From Podarcis pityusensis (taxonomy: Eukaryota): a stretch of DNA of 64,000 bases. The DNA lies in NCBI GenBank assembly GCA_964106645.2, contig OZ067038.1, one strand, 5' to 3'. How positions within the stretch are numbered: the stretch's first letter is position 1; every line of letters begins with the position of its first letter. Below, piece after piece: positions 24,547 to 39,010 of the stretch. A program made the translations under genes and the position numbers. The notes under the pieces are model-generated. The model saw only the letters and a program-made list of their open reading frames with translations, was not told where the DNA came from and searched no databases.

Positions 24547-26644
24547 ATTGTACTAAATTAAAACTCATGCTGCAGTGGGTGCAGCTCTAGCATGCTTCAA
24601 GCAAGAGAGCTTGTTTATTTAAACCACCTGAAAATATGTTTAAGAAGGATCCCAGTGTATAATATTTTTATTAATACTGCAACTTCCAAACTAGGTATAC
24701 AGGAGTGGGGGAGATTCCTCAGTTCATAGGTAATCTACCCATTGAAGGAAGTTGGTGACTGATATGTTCCTTGGCCCTACAGTGTGAGCGGAAGAGAAAG
24801 TTATCTGAGAAGTGGCAAAAATTACTCTTATAACAAACATTTCCCCCTCCTCACTTGGAGATAAATTGTGTCCCCAGTATCTTTTTGGCTGTAGATAAAC
24901 TGATCAGATCTGTATTGCAAACATCTCTGTCCATTTAGATTGTGCTTAGGTCAACTTTGAAGATAGGGTGTTTACTTTAAAAGTTAAAAATGACTGCATA
25001 CAAAGATGCATTGGAAGAAATGAAAGCTGTATTTTCAACCTGCTCCATAGGAAGGAGCGTGTTAATAGCCACATTAATTTTTACATTTTCCTATGCATTT
25101 TGTAACCTGTCTTGTCCTTTGTTACTGTTTTTAGTATGTTCTTCAATTTAGTGTATAGAAATTGCACCCTTTAAACTGTTTATTAAAAATGCAAATCCAC
25201 CCTCTGTAAAAGTAAAGTTTAAGAAAATTAGCCTCAGTTGATCAGTTCTCAGCTGTTGAAGCACCATGGCAATCTCAGCAGAAAAGCCTCATGGTGTTGC
25301 TTTTTGTCTTTTAGGTTTGCTTTCTGCGGTGTGCTTTCATGCTCCTAAATAGTAATTCAAAGTTCATGAGGCAACAGTTTTATCCTGAGAGGAGCTTAGC
25401 CTTCTTTGGCAAGCTGAATTTCTTGTTTTCACTCAGAGTGGATAGCATGTCCTTTATCGCAGCTGATCGCACAAACATGAAAGGTTGTGTCTGGTGCCTT
25501 GCAGGGTACTTTAGATTTCCTTATCATTATAAGTCACCTTATGCTGCCTTTCCCCCCTTTCTTCTAAGCCACTATATTCCAAGATGAAAGAAAGAGGCGA
25601 TAGGAACTCAGAGCAATAAACTTTCATTCTAATCCCTCTATGGGAAGTGTTTAGTTCTCTTATTCTTTCTCTTCCAAAGACTACTACATAATGTAGACAG
25701 TACTTACCTATTTTCAGATTAATATGTTGGAATATAAGAAAGCAATGCTCTACATAGCACTAATATGGCTTGCCTTCTTTTTATAGGCAATGACCTTAAC
25801 ATGATCACTATCTTCCAATGTAGTTTTGAAATTCATGATGTTCTGTCACTTGTGTTATCTCAGGTTTTTTTTTCATTCATCTTAACTATCAGTTTTCTCT
25901 TGATATATTCCACTTGCTCAAAGCTACTAGTGAAAAATGCTGGCAGAATTAAAATAACAACGAAGGATTGAATCAAAATAGAAATAGATCAGCAACTTTC
26001 TAACATGAACATTGGTGATAGTAATTTTTAAAAAATGGGCTTGAGGGGTGTTAGGATTTTGTTTAGTTGTCTAGTTTTATTTTGTTAGGCATTTATGGAA
26101 AACAATAAAAATACTTAGCAAAGTAAAAATAAAAAATCCTGAGCTTCTGGTTTCTTTTCATATTATAAAAATGTACTTCAAAGAAGGCTACTTTTAAATT
26201 GTAATTACTATAATTACACTCTATATTATTATACAGCTTCTTGTTTGCTTCATAATGTCAGTGCAGTACTGGACATTTCTAGTACACTATCACTGGGCAC
26301 AAATGTGTGTAATTTCAGACCTAATAAAAACTCCCCTAATCATTTTTAAACTTTCCTCCCCTACCAATTGTTTTTACAGAGTAGAAGAAAACTCAGATAG
26401 GAGGAAATCAGTGAGTGAGGCACTGGCAGCACAATTTGGTAGATGCGAAAACTGGTAAGTACCCAAGCTTTCTCTGAGACTCTTCCATGTTGTTTTGCAG
26501 TCCCCCCCCCCCCTTGACAATGCCTGGGGAAATGGGTTTGCTGATGTCACACATAATTCTGTCCTCAAATACCATGCGCCAAGTTCTTAATTTTTCTATC
26601 CACGTTTCTGATCTTAAACCAAAGGCAGGAATCAACTTCATGAC

Positions 26645-26647
<3 letters not shown>

Positions 26648-26679
<32 letters not shown>
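26648..26679. repeat. (AG)n microsatellite
   Basis: Direct observation. Confidence 0.9.
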
Positions 26680-26682
<3 letters not shown>

Positions 26683-27496
26683 AAACTGTTGCCTGTTTAT
26701 CTGTGAGATCACCAAATCTGAGCCCCCACTCTCACTCTCCCCACACTCTGATAACTAAGTTTCTATGCTCTCTGTGTCTCATCTTCTTGCTTGGAGTCTG
26801 CATCACTGTGACTTGGTTCCATCTCTGCATCTCCAGAAAAGAATTCCCGGGAGGGAGATGTGTGTGTTTTTCCTATTAGTCTCTGGGTTTGAGAGGTTTG
26901 CATGCACTCAAATGGTGTATTGCAACTGGTTTGTGGCTGTGAGTGTTCATTTTGATGCCCAAAGCAGGCTCCTAAACTTTTGTTTTTGAGAAAAGTACAT
27001 CTGTTGAATATCTTCTACTACTGCCGCTGTTAAAAGTACAGGAACTTGGTGCAGAGAATAGGTTGCAACCATACTTGTTCCCCACAAAATGTACAACCTG
27101 AAAAACCTTTCTAGACTGCATGGTTGGAGAAGGATTGTATACTGCCCAGTGAATTTTGGATGAAGGGCAGTATACAAATTTAATAAATAACAATAGTTGT
27201 CATTTTTTAAAAAAACCTTGGCTCTAAACCCAGGAGAAAGCTAATATGGGAAAATATGCATTGTGTTGGGTTGTTATGAGATAAAAAGAATGTATTGTTA
27301 CTAACATAATCCTATGCATTTTACGCAGAAGTAGGATTCACTTTGAGTTTGCATAGACTAGCAGTGTTCTGCCTCCCTTTCGTTCTGCCTCTGCCTACCA
27401 TTATCTGCCCTACCCTTTGTCCCACTGGCCAGTGCTGGAAACAGAGCAGGAGCGCCAGCAGCTCTCTGGGAGGTTATTTAAAAGCACAGTAAGAGA

Positions 27497-27848
27497 GGGA
27501 CGCGGGTGGCGCTGTGGGTTAAACCACAGAGCATAGGACTTGCTGATCAGAAGGTTGGCGGTTCGAATCCCCGCGACGGGGTGAGCTCCAGTTGCTCGGT
27601 CCCTGCTCCTGCCAACCTAGCAGTTCGAAAGCATGTCAAAGTGCAAGCAGATAAATAGGTACCGCTCCGGCGGGAAGGTAAACGGCGTTTCCGTGTGCTC
27701 CTCTGGTTCGCCAGAAGCGGCTTAGTCATGCTGGCCACATGACCCGGAAGCTGTACGCCGGCTCCCTCGGCCAGTAAAGTGAGATGAGCTCCGCAACCTC
27801 AAAGTCGGCCACGACTGGACCTAATGGTCAAGGGTACCTTTACCTTTA
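27497..27848 (+). mobile_element. Full-length Sauria SINE
   Basis: GGGACGCGGGTGGCGCTGTGGG head, box B GGTTCGAATCC, TACCTTTACCTTTA tail. Confidence 0.95.
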
Positions 27849-27869
27849 ACAGAGATTAGTTAAAATGTA

Positions 27870-28220
27870 GGCCACAGATTAGGAAGGATGAACAGGACCA
27901 AGTGGCTTCTAGGGTAGTTGAATAGCAGTGTCACAAGACTATGAGAAAAGCTAGCCTAGCATTCTGTTCTTACAGTACCGGTTCTTACAATACCAGCTGC
28001 CGATGGGATGGCTACAAGCAGAACCTGAGTGCTTAAGCACTCTCCTCACTTGTGACCCCCAGCAACTGGTATTCAGAGGCGTACTGCCTCCCAGCAATGA
28101 GGAAGAATTTGGTCAGCATAGCCAGCATCAGCTAGGAGGCCCTGATAGCCTTCTCACTTCTCTTTTCAAGCCATCTGTGTTAGTGGCCATCATTATTTCT
28201 TGTCAGAGCAAATTTCATAT
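27870..28220 (-). mobile_element. Old CR1 3' fragment
   Basis: CAGCAACTGGTATTCAGAGGC...TCTTTTCAAGCCATCT...GTGGCCATC, similar to the 17036 fragment. Confidence 0.5.
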
Positions 28221-28699
28221 AGTGTCAAGGTAGGTTTCCTTCAGAATTAGTGGACCTTCCCAAATGATGATAATTAACAGGAGTGCCTGCTTTGGCAAAA
28301 CAAGCAAACATTGATGGACTTTGAGGAGCAAATTGGTAAAATTGTATGAGCAGCAAACCTACCATAACATTACTTTCAATGGGTCTTCTGTGAGTAGGAC
28401 TTAATTGGCTATAGTCCACTGACTTGAACACTGAACATGTTTGTTTGTCACTGGTTGGACAGAGAATCCTGTGCACAAATAGATTTTTGTGCAGTATTCT
28501 TCAGACTGACCCAGAAACTAGAACCACGTGTACTAGCCATTTAAAAACCTTTGAAATCTGCTGTTCATTATTCAGAAGGGCGAGTAGGGAGACTGGATTC
28601 AGCTTCCTCCCATGCAACTTTTTCACTGTCAACCATCTGACTAGTGAAAATTCAGCTTTTAAAAAAAGGCTTTGTGTTTGCAGTTTGGTTACTTTGTCT

Positions 28700-30661
28700 T
28701 TGTCATGGATCAGAGCCACCATGTTTATTTAGCAACTTTTACTCTTCTTAAACAGAAGAAGTAGAGTTTGACATTTTGTACAACTTTGTGTTGAGGGCAA
28801 AATATGACATAAAAATTGAAAGTTTGACATTTTGCTTCCCACGTTAAGTATAACGGATCTGTGTTTCTTGAGTTGACATTGCTCAAGAAATATGTTTTTG
28901 AATGTATTTACAAACTCCTCAACAGGGTAGTTAGAGTGTTAGAGTTTCATTTGAGTAAATAGAAGTCAACATTTTTGTGAAGTATGTAGGACTTCATTTT
29001 TTAAAAAACATAGGCAAAATGACTTTTTTTAACCAAATGAAATATATTATTCTGTTAAAAATAGTTTTAACCAATACTCAAAAAGGGTTGCGATATGTAT
29101 AACATTGTTCAAGCACAACTGCACTAGTATTACATGAATCAAGTTCTTTTTAATAAAGGCCTCAACATGGCAAAGTTTAGAAATAGGTAGTATGCATGCA
29201 CATAATACAACAAAATCTTTTATAAAACAGCTGTATTATTATTTTTTGCAATGTTCGTACAAAGGGGAAAAAGAGCCACCACAAACATATTTAATCTGTT
29301 AGATTAATATCTCATGACAGCTAAAAAATCAGTAATGTGTAGCAGAAGAACAAAAGCCCCCACCCCCATTCTTTGTGTACAGGTGTGTGAAATATTTTGT
29401 GCCTTTAAAGTTATGTATAAAATATTTCAAGGACTGTTTTTTTTCTTAACAACCTAGAGAAATTGCACTACGTATTTCTGTCACAATTAAAAAAAGGCAA
29501 ATTGTATTGATTTTTCTTTTTTTTATTCTTCATAACAACATAAAATAAGCTAATACTGTACCAGAGAAAGTGCTGGAAACTCATTACATTGAACGCTCTC
29601 CACCCACTACTGAGAATGTGATTTTGAGGTTTGTTGAAGAAATTTTAAAAATAATCCACAGTAGCTTTTAAACAGATACAAAATGATGAAGACTGGCTTG
29701 ATTTAATATTTTTAGGCAAGTTTGGGTTCTCCCCACTCTTCCCTTTAAGAGTTCTCTTATTGATGTGTGTGCTTATGGCTTTTTGCTCTCCTTACACCAC
29801 AGGGGAATTCATCATACACAAATAATGCATATGGCTGAGTAAATAAATATATAATATGTGTGTAGGCGATGCCCTCTTGTGCTCCAGGTAAGCTACTGTA
29901 TACAGGACTGCAGAATAGGCCTTAGCACACATCAGTTAAGGTCTTTCCACTTGCAAGTCGTATATCACTAAGTTCTATACGGTTTTACTAAATACGAAAG
30001 GTTTTTTACATGGTATATATGTTTAGTATAGCTTGGACGACCACTGAATCTCCAAAACGGAAAAATCTGTGTTCATGCAGACCATTAGATGTTCTCTATA
30101 GTACTCATAACTTCTTGGCAACCTAAAGCTAACTGTAAAAGGAAGTTATGCTTTATTTGTGAAATTAGGTTTCCTAAAATTTTAACAATCTGAAGTGAAT
30201 TTTTAATGGGCACAAAGAGAGTAGACCATCCATACTTCCACCATTTAAAAGATAAACAAATTCACACACTGTACTACAGCCTTCAGACCATATAATGGAA
30301 AAGTGCAGATATCATCTTCATTGATTAAGTAAAACCAAAGGAAAAGGCTCATACAAAATAGATTGCTCATATTCACACTACAAAGGATTTTTTTTTTAAT
30401 TTGTAACAAATTCAATGTGTGTTATATCAGCAGCATTGTTGTAAATTTTACTGTAGTGCAGATTTTTTTTTCATAAAAATACCATACAAATGGTCAGTCA
30501 AGTCATCAGCAAAAGAAAAACCCAGAAAACCACCAACCAAACAGAAAAAAAATAAATCCAGAGGTAATGCTGATGCTAAAACAATTATAATACTGTTGGT
30601 ACATAGAAAAGTAATCATTATATTTTATACATTTATACAGTATACAAAAGGTTACAATGGA
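28700..30661 (-). other. LRP1B: LRP1B 3' UTR (distal end approximate)
   Basis: AT-rich ~2 kb after the stop with no recognisable repeats; minus-strand AATAAA at 30152-57, 29522-27 and 28724-29; actual cleavage site not determinable. Confidence 0.55.
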
Positions 30662-30802
30662 TTATGCCACAGTCTCCCTTATGCCAATATCTATTTTCTT
30701 TGGAAGGAGTTCTTTCCTCTCATCAACACTGGCTAAGGAGTTTCGACAATTTTGCCCATCCATGTACAATTTTGCATACACTGGATTGGAGTAGTTTGTT
30801 GG
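30662..30802 (-). CDS. LRP1B: LRP1B last coding exon, [46 protein letters not shown]
   Basis: CAG acceptor at 30803-05; second NPxY plus YxxL; TAA stop at 30662-64. Confidence 0.97.
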   Translation of the reverse strand, partial: PTNYSNPVYAKLYMDGQNCRNSLASVDERKELLPKKIDIGIRETVA

Positions 30803-31012
30803 CTGAAAAGAGATAAATATGTGATATTAAGAATAGCTCAAGCAGAAAAATCAAGAAACCTCTCAATTTAATACATCATACAACGTGCACACATAGGAAC
30901 AAATCGGGACATGATTATTCATTTCCTTGGCTCACGCAAATAACAAAGAGTTGTTAAATATCTAATGGGACATGCTTTTAATACAACAGATGACATGCAA
31001 CATGAGGGGAAA

Positions 31013-31143
31013 CAGTGCTTTTTCTCAGGGGGGTACTCAAGAGTAAGCAGTACCGGCTCTTCTTTTTGTTAAAAAGTGTGGCACTTACTGTAACAACTTC
31101 ATGGTGAGTACCGACGCCTATTTTTCAAGGGGAAAAAACACTG
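31013..31143. mobile_element. Short hAT MITE
   Basis: TIR CAGTGCTTTTT...AAAAAACACTG; perfect 8-bp TSD AGGGGAAA. Confidence 0.85.
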
Positions 31144-31976
31144 AGGGGAAATCAAGTTTATTGGAAATATGGGAGGGGAACATATGAAAACGATGCCAAT
31201 TCATTTCTCAGTTTCTTATATTTTCATATGATCCTGTTATGGAGAATATGGATAGCAGTTACCCTTGGAATGACCACAACTCTCAAAGGATACTGCTGCA
31301 GAAATGCTTACAAACTTCATAGTATGTTAGGATACCTTCTCTTCAGCCCAGCTGCCACTGCAATATTCTGATTTAAAAGTTAGTAAAGGGCAGGGTGCTT
31401 TAGTGACAATAATGGGTGCCTCTCCAGCCTGGATGTTGATCTAAGCTAATGAATAGTGTTTTAAAAGCCTGCCTTCTTACTGTGTACAGGCACATATATT
31501 CACATGTGCGCAGTCCATTTGGATACATGTTCCACAGGCACATGAAGTGACTCTCAAGTTCTCCACTTGTATGAGGACAGCTGATGGAGAAACTCATACA
31601 TGTTGTGCTTGTGCATGGAAGGTGTAGGAGAAGTTTCAAAGGGCAACTAGAGCAGACTTAAATAAACTCTTTTCCTAAGTTCTAAATATCCTACTCATAC
31701 ACTTCAATATTTCACTTGGTAATTGTACTTAATATATAAAAACAACCACAACATTCAGACCACCTCGACATTGAGCCCATAGGACAGATCTAGTCATTAG
31801 ACTTTGTTATGGTTTAATTATGAGCATTTTTGCAGGATGCCTTTTTTCTATAGTAATGTCTTTATAACTTCTGTATCATTTTATTTACAAAAAAATAATA
31901 TGCTTGAAGCATGCATGAAAATATTAGATAATTTTCATGATAATTTTCATCATTAGGATATGGTTACAGGACCATA

Positions 31977-32313
31977 GGGACGCGGGTGGCGCTGTGGGTA
32001 AAATCTCAGCGCCTAGGGCTTGCCGATTGCATGGTCGGCGGTTCGAATCCCCGCGGCGGGGTGAGCTCCCGTCTTTCGGTCCCAGCTCCTGCCCACCTAG
32101 ATAAATAGGTACCGCTTTATAGCGGGAAGGTAAACGGCATTTCCGTGTGCTGCGCTGGTGCTGGCTCGCCAGGGCAGCTTCGTCACGCTGGCCACGTGAC
32201 CCGGAAGTGTCTCCGGACAGCGCTGGCCCCCGGCCTCTTAAGTGAGATGGGCGCACAACCCTAGAGTCGGACACGACTGGCCCGTATGGGCAGGGGTACC
32301 TTTACCTTTACCT
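31977..32313 (+). mobile_element. Sauria SINE, distinct subfamily with internal deletion
   Basis: Same head and tail as 27497 but a different 3' body (GGGCGCACAACCCTAGAGTCGG). Confidence 0.92.
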
Positions 32314-34486
32314 AAAGGAAATTTCTGGATATTATTAAGGCTGCAACCTTATGCATACCTAATTGATACTAGACTTAGTAGAATTATTGTTGCGTAAACA
32401 CACATAGCATTGGGCTGAATGTTGTGTGATATAACCATAGCCTATGCAATTGGCTTGAGCTCCATTTTTCATGGCCAGATAAGCTCATAATTAAAGCCCT
32501 ATAAAAGCCCAGTGAATGGGTCTGTCCAGTCTGTTTGTCTCATGCTGTATATTGTAAAAAGAAAAAGAAAAAAAGTGATTGCCAACTCTATAACAGCCTA
32601 TGAACGTTTTGGTGCAATACATGCAAAATGATATCCAGTTGCAGAAACCACATTACAAATGAGTGTAAATGATTTCATATAAATACATGCATCCTTGCAT
32701 ATGAATATGATTATTAATAATAATGTCACTGATGTTTAAGAAAGTTTAAAGGTCTTTGATTCATTACTCATTAATTATGGGTCGGAGTCAGTCTTGACTT
32801 GTGGACATAAAGGCTTGTTCTGTCCATGGAAACCTTCTGATCTATGAAGAGGAGTGGCAGGGGGAGGTTAATTTTTCCAATTTCCCTCTCACTTTGCTGC
32901 CAGCAGTGCCGCCACACCCCCCCACACTGTTCTGGAGGGTCCCCAACCCTCGGGAAGAGTGTGGGAGAGAATTGGCAAAATTCACCTTCCTCCACTACTT
33001 AACTGGAGCATACTCTGAGTGGAATGCCACTTGGAATATTCTAACCAGCAGGGAGCAAAGTCTGGATCCAGTCCAGCAGATGAAATTTAGAGAACGTTGG
33101 GAACATTCATGTCCAACTACCTACTAATTTTAATGCCTTTTAAGTTTACCACTAACTTTATTTCAGTTCTGTGCCTTGTGCTCATAAACTTGTTCCACTG
33201 CCCTAAAACCTGTTACACAATCCAGTGCACAATCAGGTACAGAGAACGCATCTAATTGGGCATGTCATTTTGCTTATTAAGACACTAAATATTGTGTAAT
33301 GTTACTGTCACATTATTTTGAGCAGCTGATAATACTCAGATAAACCATTTGTCTGATGTAGGGTATTAATATAAAGTGGCTAGTTGATCCTAATTTTAAT
33401 GAAAAATTTATTACAATTTATTTCCCAGAGAAATAGTTTGTCATAAATTTGTGCACTTTTTCCTCCTGTCAGTTTCTTTTAGTGTGATAAAAAGTTTTCA
33501 GTTAGTTATGCTCGCTTACTATCTTGCCTGAAGTTTCTCTTTGAATTAGTAGCTAAAAGGTGCAAACACTGATTTCTGTGAAAACAGATGTCAAAGCATC
33601 ACCTTCGACACTACTGTCTAAATATGACTGAATATTTGAAATTATTTCTTAGCTGGACCTGGCTGCACCATAATGGGGTAGAGCTATTCAATTTGAAGTT
33701 TTCAAGATGGCGCTGACGACAACATAGTGTCCAGTTCCTTTTGAGGATTATAACTCTTCTTCAGAGGTGGCTACCACATCATCTGTGGAAGACAGTTTTG
33801 GACAATTTCTCTTTGAAAGACCTAAAGAAGTATTATAATACTCAAAGTTCATTAGGTAATAAATTTGCTTATGCTCATCTTGGATGTCTCTTTTTCATTT
33901 GGTTACTTACTGCTTTGGCTGCCTTTCCTTCTTTTCTTTGTTTTACTGTAATGGGTGCCTTGTCTGTTTTAATTTTTCTGAAGGAGCAAACAATCCGTAT
34001 GCTGCGCTGAGGCTACACAGCAAAACATGACTTATCTATGAATAAGTTTCTTTCTTATCATTGCTTTATTTCCAGGGCCAAAGTAGATGTGACATGAACT
34101 GTGTCAATACAATTAATGTGCATGTATCTAAATAGCAGGATTGTGAGGGTGGGTGGGGAGCAGAATTTAAATTCTTTATCTGCCTGCCACAAAATCACCT
34201 CTTTGAAGCTGCTACTTGTGTTTCTAAGGAAGCTCCCATTTGCAGCTGTATATCTATCCCCACAGGCACCCCAGGCTTCCCTGCAGCTGTTATTCACATA
34301 ATAACTGTGCACATTAATTGCATTTTCATTTTTAACATCAGGTCTAGATTCATTTATACTGTTTCATATCATATTGTATGGCTATTTTTAAATACACCAT
34401 TCATTTAAATACTTGTTTGCATATTAGTGCTACCTTTATCAGTTGTAAACTCATACAGATCATTTCTAACTCTTGAGTAAGGGGCT

Positions 34487-34515
34487 ATGGTAGAATGAGC
34501 ATGGAAAATGAATGG
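34487..34515 (-). promoter_or_regulatory. YCAY cluster (putative NOVA splicing enhancer) just downstream of the 33-aa exon
   Basis: Pre-mRNA reads CCAUUCAUUUUCCAUGCUCAUUCUACCAU: 5 YCAY in 29 nt. Confidence 0.6.
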
Positions 34516-34526
34516 CAGTTTCTCAC

Positions 34527-34625
34527 CCCTGCTGTTAAAGGTCCTTTCAGGTCAGAGTTTAAGTAGATTGGCGGTGCTGTGTGGGGAAGCTTGAAGACTG
34601 TGGACCCTCCCCCTATATACCTGGC
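34527..34625 (-). CDS. LRP1B: LRP1B-specific 33-aa cytoplasmic insert exon (approx. exon 90), [33 protein letters not shown]
   Basis: 99 nt; phase 0-0; CAG/GTGAGA; this insert distinguishes LRP1B from LRP1. Confidence 0.95.
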
Positions 34626-37232
34626 CTGCATTTAAATACAGCAATTTTTTGCATTTAGTTCTTATTTTTAAAATATTGCATTTTCCTTCTACACTTTGAA
34701 ATAGTATTGAACAAGCAATGAGTAAAATTACATACTTGAACTTTATCTTTTTCCAAAGATACTTTTTTTAATGCATACAAGTTTAAAAAATACTTTCATT
34801 AGTACAGGAAGCATTTCTGTTCTAGAGTAATCTTCATTTTTTCAAATGGCTCTAGGGGCTAGCCCTAATTTATTGTATACACATGTGATTAATTGACTAG
34901 GACACACTTGGCTATTTCTAAAAACTATTCATAATCCAGCTACTCCTCTGTCATAGGGCAACTGTATACATCATAGTATTGAAATAATTCTTCAAGGTCT
35001 TGTACAGATGATGGTAATTTGGAACAACAGGAGTGTTTCCTTTTAAGTGCTGGGGAGATTCTTTGAAAGCTTAGCAAAACTACTTTGCTAGTGTTAGATG
35101 TGCAACTGGGGGGGGGGGGGTGTTCATTTGGCACGTAACAAAGAGATTGGCCAGAATTTTTATGTGCCTCAAAATACTTCACATGTACAAGATGAAAGAA
35201 GCCTCTCCCAGTGCCATTAAGGTCACCCCATGTTTTAAAAGGATATCACAGATTTGGAAAAGGTACAGGAAAGTAAAGCGAAAACCATTAAGGGTTATTG
35301 CACATTCCATACAAAGAATCACTTCAGTATATAGGTCTTTTTAGTCTAGAAAAAAAACAACAATTAAGGATTGATAAAATGCATTTAGAGATAGAAATCC
35401 CTTTTGCATAATGCCAGAACATTTGATTGGGATTCTTTTTTTAAAAACAACATTCATTGACACTGAGATGTGCAGATGGCGGCTATCTCTGATGAATTTC
35501 AAAAGAATAAGATCTGTTTTCCATGAATGGATCAAATACTGGTTGCCAGCATTAAATAAATGGAACCTCTATGTCTCTGAGGAGCAGATTTTGACACCTT
35601 CATTCCATACGTGATTTTTCTAGATACACTGCTAGAAACAGAACGCTGGGCCAGATAACTCTGACCCATCCAGGCAGTGATAATCATTAAAATAATTTAA
35701 ATCCCTATAAAGTTCCAGGCGGTTCTTAAGTTTTTACACTCTTTGCTCACTATCTTGCTATCGCTCCAGCATCACCATTGAATAATGAACAATTTGGGAA
35801 TGGTACAATGGTCATTATGTAAAATAAGTCATTGAGCAGTCTCAGGCATGAGATATTTTGTAGCAGCGGGAAAGAGAGTGTTTTCCCATCACAGGTCTTC
35901 AAAATTAATTAGGTAAAAGCATATGGTTAGTGCAGATTTCAAATACCTGGCGGGGATAAGAAAGTATTACGGTTTTTCAGTTGAAAATAATCAATATATA
36001 TTAGGAACAACTCACAATTGTTACAGTGTATAATACTGAGCTGGTTTCACACATGAATGTTTGCATTTGTGACTTATAAATTAAGCATTCTGGAAATAAT
36101 GGGTTGGATTCAAATGAGTCTTTCCATTTCAGAAGAGGCCCTGATCAGTAAGAGTGGTGGAGGCTGGTCCACAGCCCTCCCACTGAAAATGTCACGTAAT
36201 TAAAAATCCCTTCTCAAAATCTTGAAGCCACACATTCTGTTCTTATTATTTCTACCTTGCTCTTCTATAAGTTTGTCAGTGGACTTTTGAAATGAAACGT
36301 TAGGCACTGTTCCTATCTGGCTATGACTCCACATACTTCCTCAAATCTGGAAGATATTCTCCTAAACCTCAGACATAACATAGGTTAATTATGATTAGTA
36401 TGGTGTAATGAGCTTTTGCACACGAGCAGAGATTATTACTTCACATTTTCAGGACTGATCCATGCATTGCAAATATGTTCTGATTTGTTCTAATGGCTCA
36501 AATGAAACTGTCCGTCCCCCCTGACGGTTGGAATACTTTTGGGGTTTTTTGTTTTAATTTAGAGAAGTATATTTTGGATTATAAATAGTTAATTTGATTT
36601 TGGGGAGAGGAAACCTGTGTAAGCAAGTTTTCCCGGCATTTTAAAAGTTTTTATGTGTTTTGTTTTCTGGCAGTGGATGTATAGGTGTAAACAATACATA
36701 AATTCACAAACTTAGTCATGTGATACGGCTTAATTTCTAAGAGGTGCGGAGTCAATCTTGTCTGAAAATGCTACTTAGACCCTCTTACATGGAAACGCTT
36801 TCCCTGTCCAAAGATGTGCAGAGAAAAAAGAGACAGTGTCAGTCTGTACACATATAATGGCAAGCTTCTTAAATAAGTGCTGTCAAAATCCTATTGTGAT
36901 GAAAGAGCAGGTTAAAAAATTCAGCCCTACCAAGTCAAAAAGCTACCAACCACTACTGAATAAAGGGAGGCATTTTCACCAATTTTATTTTTCCCCACCT
37001 CCAGAGAGCTTTGGAACACTCTGAAATAGTGTGGGAAGTACTTAGGAGGGCTGTAGGGGAGAAGAGAAATTTGCAAAAATTGACCCCTTCCTTGCATATT
37101 AGCTGGAACCTTAACTGGATCAGAGCTTCTTTTTGCAAATGGAAGAATACCTTTGGATCCTACCCAATGACAATATTTTGCTATTATTTAAAACATAATT
37201 ATTTGAATTAGGAAACAAATATTTGATTTTAC

Positions 37233-37371
37233 CTTTTCTGGATTTAATGTAAAATCTGAAAGACCTCTTTCGTTGTGATTATGGCCCACCTCATACATAT
37301 TATACGATGGATTTCCAATCTCTACATTGATTCCTCCATTTATAATTGGTTGTCGTCGGATTGTTTTTGCC
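37233..37371 (-). CDS. LRP1B: LRP1B cytoplasmic exon (approx. exon 89) with first NPxY (GNPSY)
   Basis: 139 nt; TAG/GTAAAA; [46 protein letters not shown]. Confidence 0.95.
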
Positions 37372-37422
37372 CTAAAATATATCACAAGGGAAAGAGTGAA
37401 CAAATTAATCTCTGTATTGGGT

Positions 37423-37449
37423 TGTGTGTGTGTGTGTGTGTGTGTGTGT
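37423..37449. repeat. (TG)n microsatellite
   Basis: Direct observation. Confidence 0.9.
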
Positions 37450-37994
37450 ATAAAAAATCTGTGAAAAGAAGGAAGTGATTTTCAGGGTGGGGGGGAGATT
37501 GCCTTGCCAGATTAATTTTCAATGTTTCCAAGGGGAGTGGGAAGCTTTTCCTCTGCAAACACACCCCTTCTGCAACTATCCCTCTCCTTGGAAAACATTA
37601 TTAAGTCCTACGACTTTCAGTACCTCTTATATGTTGCCCCGTTACCTCTAGATACCCCACAGCTTCCCAGTCTCTCTGTCTGCCAATTGCTCTATTTGTT
37701 TTTGGGAGGGGAGTTTTTGTTTTGTTTTTACTATTGATGTTGTGTTCTCATTTTGAATTTTTTTGTGTGAATCGCCCTGTGATCTTCGGATGAAGGGCAG
37801 AATACAACAGCTACTACTACTGCTGCTCCACTATGTTGTCTAATTACAATATCAAGGTCAGCAAGTCTAAGCCAGAATCAGTTCTCTTTCCTCCCAAGTC
37901 TTCCTTTCTTTAGCCTATGTCCAGTCTCCTTGGTAAATAGGTTTCACGTCTCTTCTTTGTACGCTATATCCAGCTATTTGCCAAGTTTAAAGCC

Positions 37995-38305
37995 CTTCTT
38001 GCATACCTAAGTGCACCACTACCGAAAAGGCCCTCTGCCACATTCAGATGGTATGACAATTATCTGAACCCAGCAGAGGGCCTTTCAGTGGTGGTGCCCA
38101 CTCTGTAGAATGCCCTCCCATCAGATGTTAAGGAGTTGAGTAATTATATAACATTTAGGAAACATCTAAAGGCAGCCCTGTATAGGGAAGCTTTTTAAGG
38201 TTTAATGTTTTACTGTGTTTTTTCATATGCTGGAAGCTGCCCAGAGTGGCTGGGGCAATATAAATAATTTGTACCCCACCCATCTGGCTGGGTACAAATA
38301 AATTG
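37995..38305 (+). mobile_element. L2-like 3' fragment with locally inverted terminus
   Basis: AGGGCCTTTCAGTGGTGGTGCCCACTCTGTAGAATGCCCTCCC...CCCAGAGTGGCTGGGGCAA, followed by an inverted tail piece. Confidence 0.65.
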
Positions 38306-38890
38306 TTGCTGTTGCTGTTGTTGTTAGTAGTAGCAGCAGTAGCAGCAGCAGTAGATTCCCCACTTCACTAGCTGTCCCTTTGTGTACCCAGCCTAAATAT
38401 ATTGTCCTTACCTATCGTATCTGTTGGTCTTGATTTGTTGATGCCCATGCTGTCCGCTCCACTAGCTCTCTCTTACTGCCTTAAACAGTCACGCCCATTC
38501 TCCCTTCTTTTTGCTTTGTTTTACTTTTGCCATGAACATGTAGCTGGTGTCATTTTGTTCCTTTCCTTCAAGGCTCCTCTGAAAATGTGCCTTTTCTATG
38601 TGGCCTTTGATTCATCTTCTTAATCCTAGTTCCCAACTATGATCAAGCTTTAAGTAAGTGTATCACATTTGCTCAAATTCATCAAGCCCTACCATTGACT
38701 CTCCCACCTCTGTTCCTGTTATATTCCCCATTGGTATTTCATATTGCAAATTCTTTGGAGTATCTGCACACAGTGCCATGCAGAGATAGGACTGGACTGA
38801 AATTACACAACCATGATCACCATTCAAGGTTGGTTGTCCTTAGAACTTATCCAGTAAATTGCTTCTTTTTCCTTCGACAGAAATTTCTTA

Positions 38891-39010
<120 letters not shown>

